Numbered from the stretch's first letter, positions 47,957 through 61,794 are shown. The stretch: 64,000 nt of DNA from Fimbriosthenelais zetlandica (GCA_977030845.1 OZ365116.1:4712001-4776000); one strand, 5' to 3'. A program made the numbers and translations. Notes: generated by a model from the letters alone, not told the origin.

Positions 47957-50900
47957 GATATCCGCGGTCTTCCCCGTATTATCTTCCCCACTCTGACTCG
48001 TCCTGACCTTTGCAAGCATCGGGAAGCCATCAAATCAGACAACAGAGCCCCTGGTGGCATCCATGGCTACTAATAGAGGTCTCACTCTCGCATTATCTCG
48101 TCTAGCGTGGTATCGTTAGCGAGATTAGGAAGGGCGTGTGAATCAGGGGCATGTTGGAAATTTCTAGGTCTTGTGGAATTAGCTTGTGCGTCGAGGAATG
48201 CCCTCTAATGACTGCCCCGGGGTGCGTTTTAATAGAGGTCTTCTACCGGTTCACAAGAGTCCAGTAAGGTGTCATGGGTCGCAAGTGCTCACTCTATACA
48301 TATCAAAAAGCACGGAACCACTGGCAAAATCTCCTCCATTTGCTCATCGTTGCTGGTTGTTGATTTTGCAGGCGGGAGCTTGTGTAACACCCTCCAATTA
48401 AGATGAGGGGACGAGGGAATATCTTATGAAAGAAGGGGTTGGATTTAAGTTAGTATAACGGCTAAAAGTAGCCCTGGGGCCATTTTCAAATGGAACATTT
48501 AATTTCTAGGTCTATGGCTATACTAATAGGCCTACTTGTTTTGAAACAAGCCTCTGTGCTGGGGTTCCTTTTGTTCTTTAGTTCCACAATCTCAATCTTG
48601 AATTATTCTGAGAGTTAATTAAAATAAATGGATGCATCAGTTCGTTTGCTCCCTAATATATCATAGAGAGAGGGAGAAATCATTAGTGATATTAGTCCAT
48701 TTAAAGGTGATAGGGTGTTAGACAAGATCACATCACTGCCTCCTACCATCTATCTGTGACACCAACATAAGCTATAGAAGTGTCCACCGCCCATCCTGTC
48801 CATTTAGCCAAAAGGTCAAGTAATCTGTAAAGTGCTCCAGTTAAAAGCATTTCCGACTCTTGTGACACCAGAACATTTCAAGTCATTAGAACATGATAAC
48901 CACTTGCTATGCTGATTCATCGAGTACCTTGCCCATCTACATCTGAAATCCTTTTAGATTCTTTGCTAATATTATACATTTTTAAAGAAAAACAGCGTTG
49001 ATTTAAGTAGTATATAGAAATGGTTGTTTGACATTAGATATGGCCATAAGTAGTATGGAAATGGTTATTTTCCTCGGGCTTAAAAACACATGACATATGG
49101 AATGCATATTAACCATACAATCATAGATATATGAATATTTACATTCATAAATTTTAAGAAAACAAGAGAGAACGGAAGCATCTCTATAATGTACAAAGCC
49201 CCTTTGTTTACTATAGAGGTTATTGACCCCCATATTCAGGTATAGATGCCCGCATGGCGATGAATAACCAGGTAATACAGGATTATCTCGATGATCCATC
49301 TACCGGTGTGTTATACATGAATATCTGGTATTCACTCATTCCTCTCATTCATCTTTTATTGACCTTTCATCCCCTATTTTGGAAAGTTCGGAAGAATGGG
49401 GAACATATATCCAGTTATGATATTGATTTTAATCTATGTGGCGTAGGCTAGGAGGACATACTACAATGTGTGGTGGTTTAATTTATGTGGAAGTTGTAAT
49501 CCATTAGTATATGGCAGGATTAAATGGCCTATAGCTGATCTATCATAAACCTCAGGAGCTGGTAATATTCATGTAAAAATACATGCATCGTAGCAGTTTT
49601 AGCATTGGGCAGAATTTACTGAAGACTGGGCTAAATGAATTTTAAGTCAGTCCAAACTATTGTCTAATCGAACCCATTTTGATCTAACATATCATTGCCT
49701 TTCCTTCTATCTCACAGAGATTATTAAGCTTAAAGTATCTTTGGAGGAAACCTAATTAATGAAAGGACTATATAGATCCGTGTGGCATAGTATGACCTAG
49801 ATGTCATTAAACAGTCCATCATTCTAAACCAACAGATTTGATCTTATGGTGCAAAAGTGGATGAAGAATGGGTCCCCACCACAAGCAAAGCCTGCAAATG
49901 GCCCATTTGGGACTATATCTCAACTACTGTTACCAAATATTAAATATTCAGATGCCAGTTTTTTTATCCCATATACTGCAAACTTAATGCAATGTTATTT
50001 GCTACTAATATTTAACATTTATTCGATTTTAAGCACAAATGTCATCATGGGAACCATTATCGATTGAATGCAGGAAATTAGACGATAAAGCTGCAGTGAA
50101 GGGTTTTGCTGTTTCGTCTCTAGGGAGTAGTAATATGCTTGATGGACTAGGCAGAAGTGAAGCAGTTCAAATCACCTATCACCCCCAGCTTTTAGTGTGT
50201 TGCCATGGTAACAGAAAGTAATGAGGGAGAGGAATATGTGGTGGTAGAGATGTGTTTTTTTTCTTGCATTTAGATCCCATGTCTCCCTTCAAATCCTAAC
50301 ACAACAGGTGCTCAGAGGGGCCTAAATACTGCCGGCGGGATGACAGTCCGCACTGTTCAAGATGGCCGTCTAAAATAGGCCGGATATGAAGCTGTGGCTA
50401 ATAGAGCCTGCGGATCACACTGCGTCTCCGCTGCTACATCCCCACCATGTCAACACTGCTCAGGATGGAATGTTATTACCCAGCAACTCCTCCCAATATC
50501 GCCCATCATAATTATCATCATTTCTTAATGAAAGTAGTGCTGGCAGCAGTGCATGGCTTGAGGCATCCATAAATCCTTCCGCCGCCTGCAGGCTGCTAAG
50601 CTTTCAGGTGTAAAAGTATCACCATTAGCCTCTTATGATTGGGTTGTATTTTTGATCTGGAGATGGTAAACATTTTCCTCCCAGGGGGTTGTTTGTCAGA
50701 CTTATAGATCTGCCTCATGTAAAATGCCAATTCATGAGATCATAACTCAAAAGAATCTACCTATTTTCCACATATATCCTTCGGGAAATTTATCAAATAT
50801 TTATCATAGCATATTTGATCATTTAAAACCATATCTTCCCCGCTTTCAACTTATACAAGTATGTGTTGATTTTACATGATGAATTGCGCATCGTCCTGCA

Positions 50901-52559
50901 TGCAATTGTCAACAACCAACATGGATTTATACAAAAAAAGGGAGGGTGAGACCTCACTTTAATTGACCCACATAAACAGATAGCATCATGGCTGACAGCG
51001 AGCATTCAGCTTCCATCAGTACCTATCAATATGTTATAATGCCGAGCATATCATAAACATCCTCAACTATTCTGGGTCACCTTCAGCGTGGATTCCTCAA
51101 TGCCTTTCTGTGTCACTCTTTCAATAATGAATATCGCACTCAGAGTAAATTTGCTTTTGCGACACCAAATTTCTGTAAACAGACTAATCTATCTCCCTTT
51201 CTTGGAGATCTTTTCTCACTAGTCGAAAGTTTATTATTATAAACTATAAAGTACAATGTTGGTACAGTATTTAAGAAGAAAATACTTTCAAAATATAAGA
51301 ACTAACGAAATTATCTGTGCTTTTGAAGGACACATTGGTATATTGCGTAGGCGCATGCCACATTGAAGGGACTGGGACTTCCCCTCTACTCCATACATGA
51401 ACAAATAAACTATTAATTGCGCCATATATACATTAGTTATGGGCGTTATCTCTATATATAAAGAGATCATGTTTCGAAAGTCCGTATTCGAGGACATCCT
51501 AAACATTGTGCTGATATAGAGAAGCCATTTTAATCATGCAGCCGGCTGGATTATGAAAGTAGGCCTACTTCACTTCATAAAATGTTAAATTATAAATGAA
51601 TATAATAGTCACTATCTATTTAGATATTGTAGCTGATATTCCTTTTGAATTTGCAGTGATTGTTGATTCAGTGAACCAGGAAGTCTGCTGAGAGTTTTAC
51701 TTTATATTTATCTCAGTTTATTACTCTTCTGATTTATTTACACGCTGTGTTTTCTTTACTCAATCTCCATAGAACAATCCCATGTCTGTATACAATGAAA
51801 ATTAAACTTTAAAGCTTGGATTCATCCCTGAGGTATTTCCCTCGTAGTGTTTGCAGCCCAACTGAAGTGATCCATAAATTCTCTTGTCTATCTACACTTA
51901 TCTCTTTCTTACTGATTAACTATTTCAATTACCTACTGAGTTTAAATATTGAACTAGATGTCTATTTTTTACTATGGGTCTTTTTACAAGCATTTTCTCT
52001 CCACTGTTAACTGTTGAATAGCTTGAATAAGTAGCTTCTAATCCAATAATGCATGGACAAATGTGAGAGGCTTGTCTGGTCACACTCTCTGATATTAAAC
52101 ATTGTCATATATATGATTATTATTCCATCTTTGGAACCTTCAACAGAGCTGTACATTGTGCATGTTTATCTATTATGTGTATCCATCAATACCTATTATG
52201 ATCATTTTAAGTTCCTATTAATTCTACATGCTCCATGTTGTGGCTGTAACATGGTCCATTGGTGCATACTTAATTATTTATGGCGTCTATTAATGGCGTG
52301 GATCCAGGTATAATGGGATGAGGGAGGGTTGTGTAATAAAGCAAGTAAGACTACAGGTCCGCAGTAATTATGGGCTCATAGCAAAATAGCACTCGCCATG
52401 GCGAGAGTCTCGTGACAGTGTCAGTCTCATCTCTCCACCTGTATTGGCCTGTTTTGGCTTTGCAAAACGACAGACGCAAGAATCTGTCAGTCGGTTGGCG
52501 TCTGTCAGCTTGGTATGTGATGACCATAAGGGTGCAAGAAGATACATATACAGGGAATA

Positions 52560-52688
52560 NNNNNNNNNNNNNNNNNNNNNNNNNNNNNNNNNNNNNNNNN
52601 NNNNNNNNNNNNNNNNNNNNNNNNNNNNNNNNNNNNNNNNNNNNNNNNNNNNNNNNNNNNNNNNNNNNNNNNNNNNNNNNNNNNNNNN
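52560..52688. other. Assembly gap (129 N)
   Basis: Run of N characters. Confidence 1.
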
Positions 52689-55600
52689 ATCTTAGAAAAG
52701 GGAAGGAGTGTCGAATGGAAAACCAAAAATGCTTTAGGGTGAAGATAGAGCATTAGAAGAATGGAATGAGAATCCAAATGCGTTTAAATAAATAATGAGT
52801 TTTAAACTCAAAATCTTTACTTTCTTTCGGATGACACGATGGCTTGTACCTTATGCCAAATGACACATTTTCTTTCCCTTAATTTCGTTCTACGAGCAAA
52901 ATCCTTCGGGGAATCCAAATGTTATTTAAAAAAAGAAAATGTAAAAACGAAATCCAATTAAAAATCAGTAACGGACAAAGTCTCTCATCAAGAATTTAAG
53001 ATTTTGTAAAAAGCTTGGCTTCTCTGTGAATCCTGCCAGTGAAATGATGGATCAAATTTGATTTACAAAAGCGAATTGTTACGATACAATCGGGCCTGGA
53101 CAGTGAGACCGTCTGCCAGAATGCCACTTTTTCTCCTCAAACAGTTGCGTGAATTCCTGTCGGTCCCTTACTTGTGTCAAAAACATATTTTAACTGCTAA
53201 ATAATTCAGATTGTACTGACATTTAATGTGAGATAAAAATGTAATGTATTTCTTTTCTTTCATCTTCATTACACGTCCTTCATTGAATGCCTTGGTTTTC
53301 TGCCTTGTATGGAGCATAGTGATAACATATTTGGCATAAGGAAATGCATTCATGAGAACATTGCTTTTGCTGAGAGACTTAGTAATTACTTGCATCATTG
53401 ACGGTTTGTACCTGATGAGGGACCATGTTCCTGTATAGCATCGACCAGCTACAGCCCAAACCTGGTAATCTCCATGCTTCTCCTCACGCTCTCTATCTGA
53501 GCTTACTTTCTACTCTCTTGCTCGTTAAATGAGCAGCTCTCAAAGCCAGGAAACCATTAGAGCAGAAGGAGTAGCGAGTCCTCATTCATTTGGAGGAGAC
53601 GCAGAGTCTTATGTCTTTTAAATAGCTTCAATGTAATCTGAAGTCTTATCTGCATTTGTCCGGTCTATCTGATGAGTTCCACCTCTAGAATATCAGACTG
53701 AAATTTCGGCAAACTCTTCCATATTTAATATTATACATGCTAATAATTGTGAACATTATATGCATTAAACATTTTCCCAGTCCAGCAATATATATATTAG
53801 GCCCTACATATTAGGTACTGCAGTATGTAGGCCTATTTTAACGACGCCATTCTACGTCGTATAAAGATGCCTGACCGCCCGACGAAAAGATGAAAAGTGT
53901 GTCCTCTGGTGGTAGGATAACAAGCTGTGTCAAGCTATGGACGGTTCTACAAGCTTTCACAGCATCTTCAGGCTGGTCGGTGTGGGATGTTCATGCCTCA
54001 GGCATTTCACGACTATAGCGCTCTTCATGCTGAGTGATATTAAACCACGCGCCTAAATCGGCACTATTTTTTTCTCCCGGTGGATGGATACTGACTCTGC
54101 CAGATGTAAAAGGACTCCTGTAGAACCAGTGGGGCCCTACGGGTAGGCGTAGAAATCTGGAGAGCTGGTTGAAATCCTGCCGAAATCTGATTACCCATGC
54201 AGCTGACGAGGCATCTTAGTAGCGATCCCAAAATGAAGTTCTCGTCCGCGCTCTCGCACCGCGAGATGTTAACTGGGAATTGACATTGGCAGCAATCTTA
54301 CCGTGAAGATGACTGAAAGGTCTGGATGCAAGGCCGATCCCAATACCCATTGTCCACGTAACCATGGCAACAGGACAACCTGTCTAGGGACATTTCCAGG
54401 ACGTCAGGTTGTGTGAGCAGACATACAGTATATATATACACTTTGTGCTGGCACGCATTACAATGTTTTAGCTATTTTAGGGATGAACCTGGCGTAATTT
54501 ACATGGTAATCAGTAAAGGAGATGAAGGAATATTGATCCATTTGCATTCATGAGCTGAGCTCCCGCCTTGCCCTCTCCCTAAAGCTTCTATTCTTTGTTT
54601 TCTGTCTCGGTTAATGTGCACGGATGGCAATTTTTCTCAGCGGACCTCTGGGAACAATGTAATGAAGCATGTGACTTCTTAATGAGATAATTATGCACGT
54701 CATTCCTGCTAAAGAGGTCCCTGATGCTAGCCTCCAATAAAACTAATCCTTTCTACTTCCACCCTCAATTTTGGCTACATCCTATTTCCGTTAAATTATA
54801 GCGGGATTCTGTACACTGTCAGCAAACCCCTTGGGGTTGGTTCCTGGCTGTCTAATAAGTTGGGTTTCCCTATTTTGCTCTGCCTCCTCTCACCCTCTCC
54901 TTTTTAGGTGTCACCAAACAGTGACAGGAACATTTAAGAGAATATAGCATTGGGCTGAAAGCTATGCATTATTGACAAGTCCCTCTATATGAATGTGCCT
55001 TCCCTATATGGCTGGGAGAAAGGTCATCTCGTGGCCGACTGACATAAAAAGGACATTCAGTAAGCCCTGCTAGTGACTAACTTTCCTCTCAAAAGAGTAG
55101 TCAACTCTATTGTTCTTCCCCCAGTCATTCAATTATCGCTCATTAGCACACTTACTATAAGACTTAACAATAGACTCAAAAGGGCTAACTGCTTTTGTTC
55201 TTCTTGCACAAAAGCCATTGTTAAACATTTAAGAACACTCAGCATTGGTCTAACATAAGCTTAGAGACATGTTTAAAAGAGCAGGGCCTTTCCACTGTAG
55301 GAAAAAAGGGGGTAAAAGAAAGGAAAGCTTCCAAACACATCCAAAAAAGAAGCCTTTTTGTGACTTGAACCTGGGCAGTTGATATCATTTTAGACAAGAT
55401 CGAGGACACACTCGACTTGCATGAATCGCTGCAAGAACCAGCAGGCAATCATCCCCGGTGGGTACCCAACTAGTATTCCAGTTCATCAGACATATCCACT
55501 ATATTTTCACGACTTGCAATTCTTGCAAATGTCATACCCGTATCCTCCAATGTATGTCCAAACGGGGGGCAGAGGTCACAGATGTGAGTCACCTACTGCC

Positions 55601-56219
55601 TCATAATTCGTTTTACCCGGCCATGAGAAACATAACATTTAACACGGATGCCCTTATGGTTCATCCCTTACAAAGACAAATAGCAATGACATCCAGTCAG
55701 GCTTAGAGAAGGGAAAACTGAAGTCTATAAATACATCAAACACTGACTGATTTATCTAAACACGCGTATAAAAACTGCCTGGTTGTTAAGGTGTAGAGGA
55801 AGTGTGTTTTTATCTTGAGGTGTGAGGGTTGATAGAGATTTTAGTGATGGGGTGAGGGTGTGATGGACGAGGTGTTAGGTGTCGCTACGTATCGGCAGGC
55901 CATGGATTAGTCATTAAAAGCTGTCTAGATGAGACGGGATATGCATATAGATAATGAGACCACGGGGGCGGCTAGCAGGCTATATTTATCCATCTATATT
56001 TTAATTTTCAAGACATTTATGAGCTGAAATAAGATAGCTGGTTTTAGGTTCTATATATAAGGCTGCAGTATTGTGAATAATCATCTAATGGGATACAAAA
56101 AGGTCATTCTGTATAAAAGCCTCTTGTCCAAATTCATTTTCCTTAACGTGTTTAAGGAATTGAAAGTGGGTGACTAGATTTCTTTCCATTCTCTCATCCA
56201 CCTGATTTGAATTGTTCTT

Positions 56220-56532
56220 ATTTTTTTCTCCGCCATCTATCCTGTCTTTCTTCCTTTATATATCTCCCCTCTTTGTCACTCAAATCTCTCCTCTCTAGCA
56301 TCCCTCACTTCCTCTCTTGTCTCTCCTTCCCTCCGTCTCTAGATCTTTCTCTCTCCCCCTCTCCCTCATTTCACTTCTGTCTCTTCATTGCTTCCTTCTT
56401 TTTTCACTTCCTCTGTCTCTTCCTCCCTCTGTTTCTGGATCTTTCTCTCTCTCCCCCTCTTCCTCACCTCACTTCCTCCGTCTCTCACTCTCTCACTCCC
56501 TCACTCTTTTTGATCTCCCCCTCCTCTCTCTC
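56220..56532 (+). repeat. Polypyrimidine (CT-rich) tract containing a ~99-bp-period duplication
   Basis: Almost purine-free on the + strand. 56305-56384 and 56404-56485 are similar and share GATCTTTCTCTCT(CT)CCCCCTCT. Confidence 0.85.
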
Positions 56533-59168
56533 AACCTACCAGCCCGCACAAACCCTGCACTAAGACCACTCTCTACCAGTCGTCAGATAACATATCAGAT
56601 AGATCTAAGCGCGCCACTATCTACATCCTGCCTTATCCTGCCTGTGAACCAACATATGCTCCCACTCTCTAACAGCTTTCTACGCCATTCACCAGTGTAT
56701 GAGGTGGACATGGAAGAGGTGAATAAACACCCTGATGCCTTACAACCTGCCTTAAGCTCCCCTCACACCACCCCTCTCCACCTCGCCCCCTTTTAATACC
56801 TTTCAACCACTTACTAAGTCTTTTTTTTGCACAGACATCAAGTCAGTCGGTGAAAAATAATCCAGTGCTCATGAGATAAAGCTTTCTCTACAAGTGCCCA
56901 AAACCTCATGAACATAAAGGTCATGAGATAACATTTTGTATTAGCAGTAATAAGCATACTATGAAGATTTCATGAGGCAATTTGAAATCAAGAGCTGCAC
57001 GTTAGAGTCTTGTTCATTTGATTTAAGTATACTATACTAATATTGGTTGATATACAGAGGTCTTATAGGTGGAGGTCGTATAGTGTAAACACTGTCAGAG
57101 ACGTGAAGTTCAGCCATTTTGCACTTATTCCCCTCGTCTATATCTTCACCTCCTTCATCTCCATTCGTCCTGTGAGAGCTCACACAATCAGGTTAGCCTG
57201 ATGGCCCGTCAGCCGGCCAGCCAATCAGGCCTGCAGGCCGTGCGCAGTATTGAAGATAAAGCATTTTATAAAGTGGAGATCAGTACATTATATAAAGCAC
57301 AGGCCCTGTTTACCTCGGGTTCATAGTGGTTCTATTCACTTAATAATGCCACATTATGGATTGTCAACGAAACCCTGGTCCATTCATCATACATTAACAA
57401 GATACAAGCTAGCATAGACTAAATTGAATTGCTGGTCATTTTTCTGAAGTCACACTTACATTGCAGGTTGATAAATCATTGGGTGATTCATCGATTTTTA
57501 CTAAATGTCATCTATCGATCGGTCGGATTGGTGTGTGCCTAGTTTATGTTTATTTCATAACTCAGAATTTCCAATTAATCTTTAAATATTTATTACACGC
57601 TTTAGTGTCCGATTTATGAACTTTCTACAGACAAAGTTTGCCTTTAATGTCGGTTAGGTGGGTGGGTCGGGGAAGTAAACCGAGTGGATCCACCCATCCT
57701 GTCTTTGACGACCAGCATAGTAAAGTGAGACTCTCACCGAAAGTAAACCAAGACATATATTGCTGTGTCTGCTCTAAAACTTAATCTAGGAATCCTCCAT
57801 CTTAAATATTACAGGTCAGTGTTAGCATTCAGATCATCGGCTCACACCAACACGACCAGAGATGGAATTTCGTTATAAAGTTTTATGTCGGTTTCCACCT
57901 CTATGGTAGATTTGAGAGAGTAATTGTGTTTATTTTTTATTTTATTTCAGGTCTCATTCGTCTGCTTTATCAGTCCACCTGCTTCCCACACAGCGTCATT
58001 AATGGGGGCTTTTCTTGCCAGGTAATTACATTTCTCTCTGTTTTCTTCTTTCTTTAAGGGCCACTTCAATGGCTTTTTTCAGCCTCCTACAACTTTCACT
58101 TCCCTACCAACCTATTCAATAGGATAAAATAACTTTTGATGTGAAATTGTTTTGCTGAATCTGACCCATTGCACAACCATCTGTCGTATATGCAAAATCA
58201 ATGTATGACAGTGCAATGGGCCCTTCTCTCAGCATTCACGAGTGTACAAATATCCAGAATATCTCAGCAAGCAGAAGCCTTGCCATATACCAAAGAGAGC
58301 CTATGGTAAACATTATATTTACCATTGACAACCCCTGGCATCGGTGCTCTTACCCTATTGATCAGCATTCTCCTATGTATAGTTTGTATTGTATTGTTTT
58401 AGTCCGTATAGTTGGATGAATAATAGATGCCCTACCTCGACCATTGCAAACTCTCCTGAGCTTGCTTCTCAGCTTCACTATCTCATAAGTACACCCGACC
58501 ATCTGCCTTCACATAAACTATATTTTACACAGCCTAATTCTCTTTTAATTACTTTTGTTTCTTTCAGGTATCTGTTACCTACTGAAATATTTTTTTAATA
58601 TTTATAAAGATAGTTTTCCCTCTTGATATCTTAATACAACCTTGGAATATCTGATATTCAGGATTCAAATTCCTTTCCATCTAAATCAGATTGGAGACTA
58701 ATGCTGTTTAGGGAGATTAATGAATCTTTCCTCTTGCTTCTTCCCCTCATATATTCTCTCTTAGCACCTTAGCATCTTCCTTCTTCCCCAAACCAGCGTA
58801 ATGTATGCTATGTCTCCTTCGTACCTCCAGTAAATGTGTATGGCAATATTTGCCCAGAACCCATGGTGCCATTGATTGCTATAGGACTGGTCAATACAGT
58901 CCTGCCAGCTTGTTAGGTCTTTATTCAGCTTGGGGAGGTCTTTAACTGGTGGGGCTTAATTTTACATCACAATGGTCATTGCTGAGCATTAGTCCATGCA
59001 GCCAGAAACTCCCTCATCCGAGCACCACCCACACCCACCGCCAACCTGGCCCTACCCTCAGGCCATACAGCCCCGTCTTTGCCCATTGCTTTCCATATTA
59101 AGGCCATTGCACAAGTGCAATACCATCAGCGAGACACTCTCGTGGCACACTCATCCAATACGAGTGTT

Positions 59169-59204
59169 ATAACTGATATAACTGATAACTGATATATAAC
59201 TGAT
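59169..59204 (+). repeat. Short AACTGAT(AT) tandem repeat
   Basis: ATAACTGATATAACTGATAACTGATATATAACTGAT. Confidence 0.8.
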
Positions 59205-59360
59205 CCTATACTTCAATTGGTTCACATTTTCTCACGATTTTTTTTTACCAGAAAATAGGTTCATCGTGTTAACACGAGAATGCGAAAGCTTGTGAAAAAA
59301 AACTGGTGCAATGTGGGCAATCTGTGTAACATCCGGCGGGAGGTGTGCTAGCATGTTACC

Positions 59361-59411
59361 CCTCTGATCAGTGCCGCTAGTCTTAAGCCTCTGATCAGTC
59401 CCGCTACTCTT
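59361..59411 (+). repeat. 27-bp-period tandem duplication
   Basis: CCTCTGATCAGTGCCGCTAGTCTT / CCTCTGATCAGTCCCGCTACTCTT. Confidence 0.85.
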
Positions 59412-61732
59412 GTTTATTTCACAACCTGCGATGCTCTCCCCGGCTCTCCCTCCACCAATCCCCCTCAAACATTAGGCTGCCATTCAATTGAACAAATTGG
59501 ATGAGTTCGAACAAGTAGTCCTCTGCTTGCCACAGAAGGATTAAGTACAGAGGCAAACAATCCAAAGGATTCCATGGATTATTGCCTGACATTTTTTCCC
59601 CTGCTTTTCGATTTTACCAGTTTCATAAGGTATTATTTCTCAGAATGACATGTTTGGTCAATGCTTTGAATCAATCTCAACTAGCCCATTAATATTATTA
59701 CGCTTCCCTTTACAAGGTTCTTTTATCATACTTGGATGGGGAATTGGATTGAGTGGATACTTTCATTTGAGGTTGACATTATCTGGCACAATTAATTTGA
59801 GGGTTTTCCTTTATGTACTCTGGAACCGGAAGAATGTCATTACGACCCTTACAAAGTCCTTTTGTCTGCACTAAAGTTAATAAAACTGGGTTGAACAAAC
59901 ATTAGCTGAATTAACCCATTTTAAATCAAGTGTTTTTGAAGGGCAATAAGATTAATGATAACAAGTATTGCATACGATGCAAAAGGTTTTGCATTACCCA
60001 CTATTTGCCCGAGATCCTTGTGGAATTGCCTCAGAAACGGATGAAAGTTATGAAATATCAGAATATATGTCCCCATTTCAGAACAAGGAATTGATTTCCA
60101 AACATCCGATCCAGCCAACCATTTTAGATTTAGAGACGTAGATCTGGAGGTGGCATTTAAAATGAGCCCATCAAGTGCTAGCTATCACTTTACCTTTTTA
60201 CACCTTCTTTGCTCTTGTCTATTTTTTCACTTGGGACATTATTGATATCAGAGCTCAAACGAGATGCGTTTTTACCGGAAGATCAATGGCGCCCTCTGGG
60301 ATGCATTGTGAGTGGTAAATGACAATTGATCGGCCGGGAAACTTGGGTGTGAATTGGCCATTACAGCTTTTTCTTCCCCATCCCCTAGGCTCCTGCACCT
60401 TCCACCACCCCCATCTCCCAGCCCCCTAGTCAAATTTAGCCAATTCAAGCAAACTGACATCAAAAGCTATAATACATATAGGTGTGCACTCATAGACAAT
60501 ACTTTAGGGTGTGGAATATTGAAAATAATGGTTATATATTGATACAATGATTCGTAGGAAAGCACATGCGTTACAAATCCAAACCTACATTCATGTATAT
60601 TGTAACCAACTTCAATGACAAATGAATTTGATTCAGGACTTGATCTGTATGATCATATATTAGGAGTTTTACAGTTGGAACAATTGCAACTCAGACTCTT
60701 TGCCAGATACACTGATTAAGATATTTTCCCGAAAATAAACCACACCTGAAAAGAAATTGACAGAAAAACAACCCAAATCAAAGATATTCTAACTATATCT
60801 GCCCTGTCATTTGAGCTCAGATTGCTGATATATCCATGTAGTTTTTGGAATTCTATATCTATAGATTGTAAGTTTCCAGGTTCCCAGTTGGAGCTAAAAC
60901 TATGCACCTTTCTGTCCGCCCCAACTCTTTGATGTGAAGAAAACAACAGTTTGTAGACAAATAGGCGAGGAAGAGAGAATACATGCTGCTCATAAATAAA
61001 GTCTATGGCAGGCAGAAGAAAGGTCGAGGGTAATAGGACTTTTGTCAGCTCTGACTTTATATGCAGACACTGTTTCACCTCCAGCTTGTGTTGTTTTCAT
61101 TTGCTGTACGTACAAACAGAGTGTGAAAGGTAGAGGAAGTGTGGATGGCAGGTGGTAAGGGGAGGAGAGGGCAGGAATGAATACCAGCTCTCAACATGGC
61201 TCCACTCATGATGCTCCTAATGCTCATTCCATTTATTAATAACATACATCCCTCTATTGAAGAGCAGATCCAACCCAGATCACACACTCACTCTTCAACT
61301 ATATAGTTAAAAAAAACCTGTATGTAGAAAAGACATTTAATCACTAAAATGCCATTAGTTCTGTTTGAAAGTTCAATGACTTTAATCTTGGGATTGAACT
61401 AATCATGGCTGTATAGCAGATTGGTTGCCTTAGTGAGTGTGTCTAAGGGGGTATTACAAATTGGTTCAGACCTTTTACAGACAGTGGTCGTATTGTGGGA
61501 TAATCCCTTAGGTGAAATGGCGGTTATGTGAAACCTAACTTTATCGAGATTTAGCTTATTTTCTCTATTGGAAATTCCACTATAAAGATCAAATTTACAG
61601 TACGGTACGTATAGAACGTGAGAAAATTACATGATGGTAGAGGCTAACCTGGAGGCCAGCCAGTGTGGATCTCATCTCCAACCCCCTGACCCCTGTGTCC
61701 TACCCCGTCCACCGATCCCGGACCTCTTGATG

Positions 61733-61794
61733 CCATTATCTGACATTTGACACCATTATCTGACATTTGACACCATTATATGACCCCTGGCACC
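61733..61794 (+). repeat. 20-bp minisatellite, 3 copies
   Basis: CCATTATCTGACATTTGACA twice, then CCATTATATGACCCCTGGCA. Confidence 0.9.

Noticed and set aside
566-54430. TAGGCTA/TAGCCTA and TACAGTA/TACTGTA as possible 3-nt transposon footprints
   Set aside because: Counts by eye (about 11 and 8) are close to or below i.i.d. expectation (about 8 and 12), unlike TAGGCCTA.
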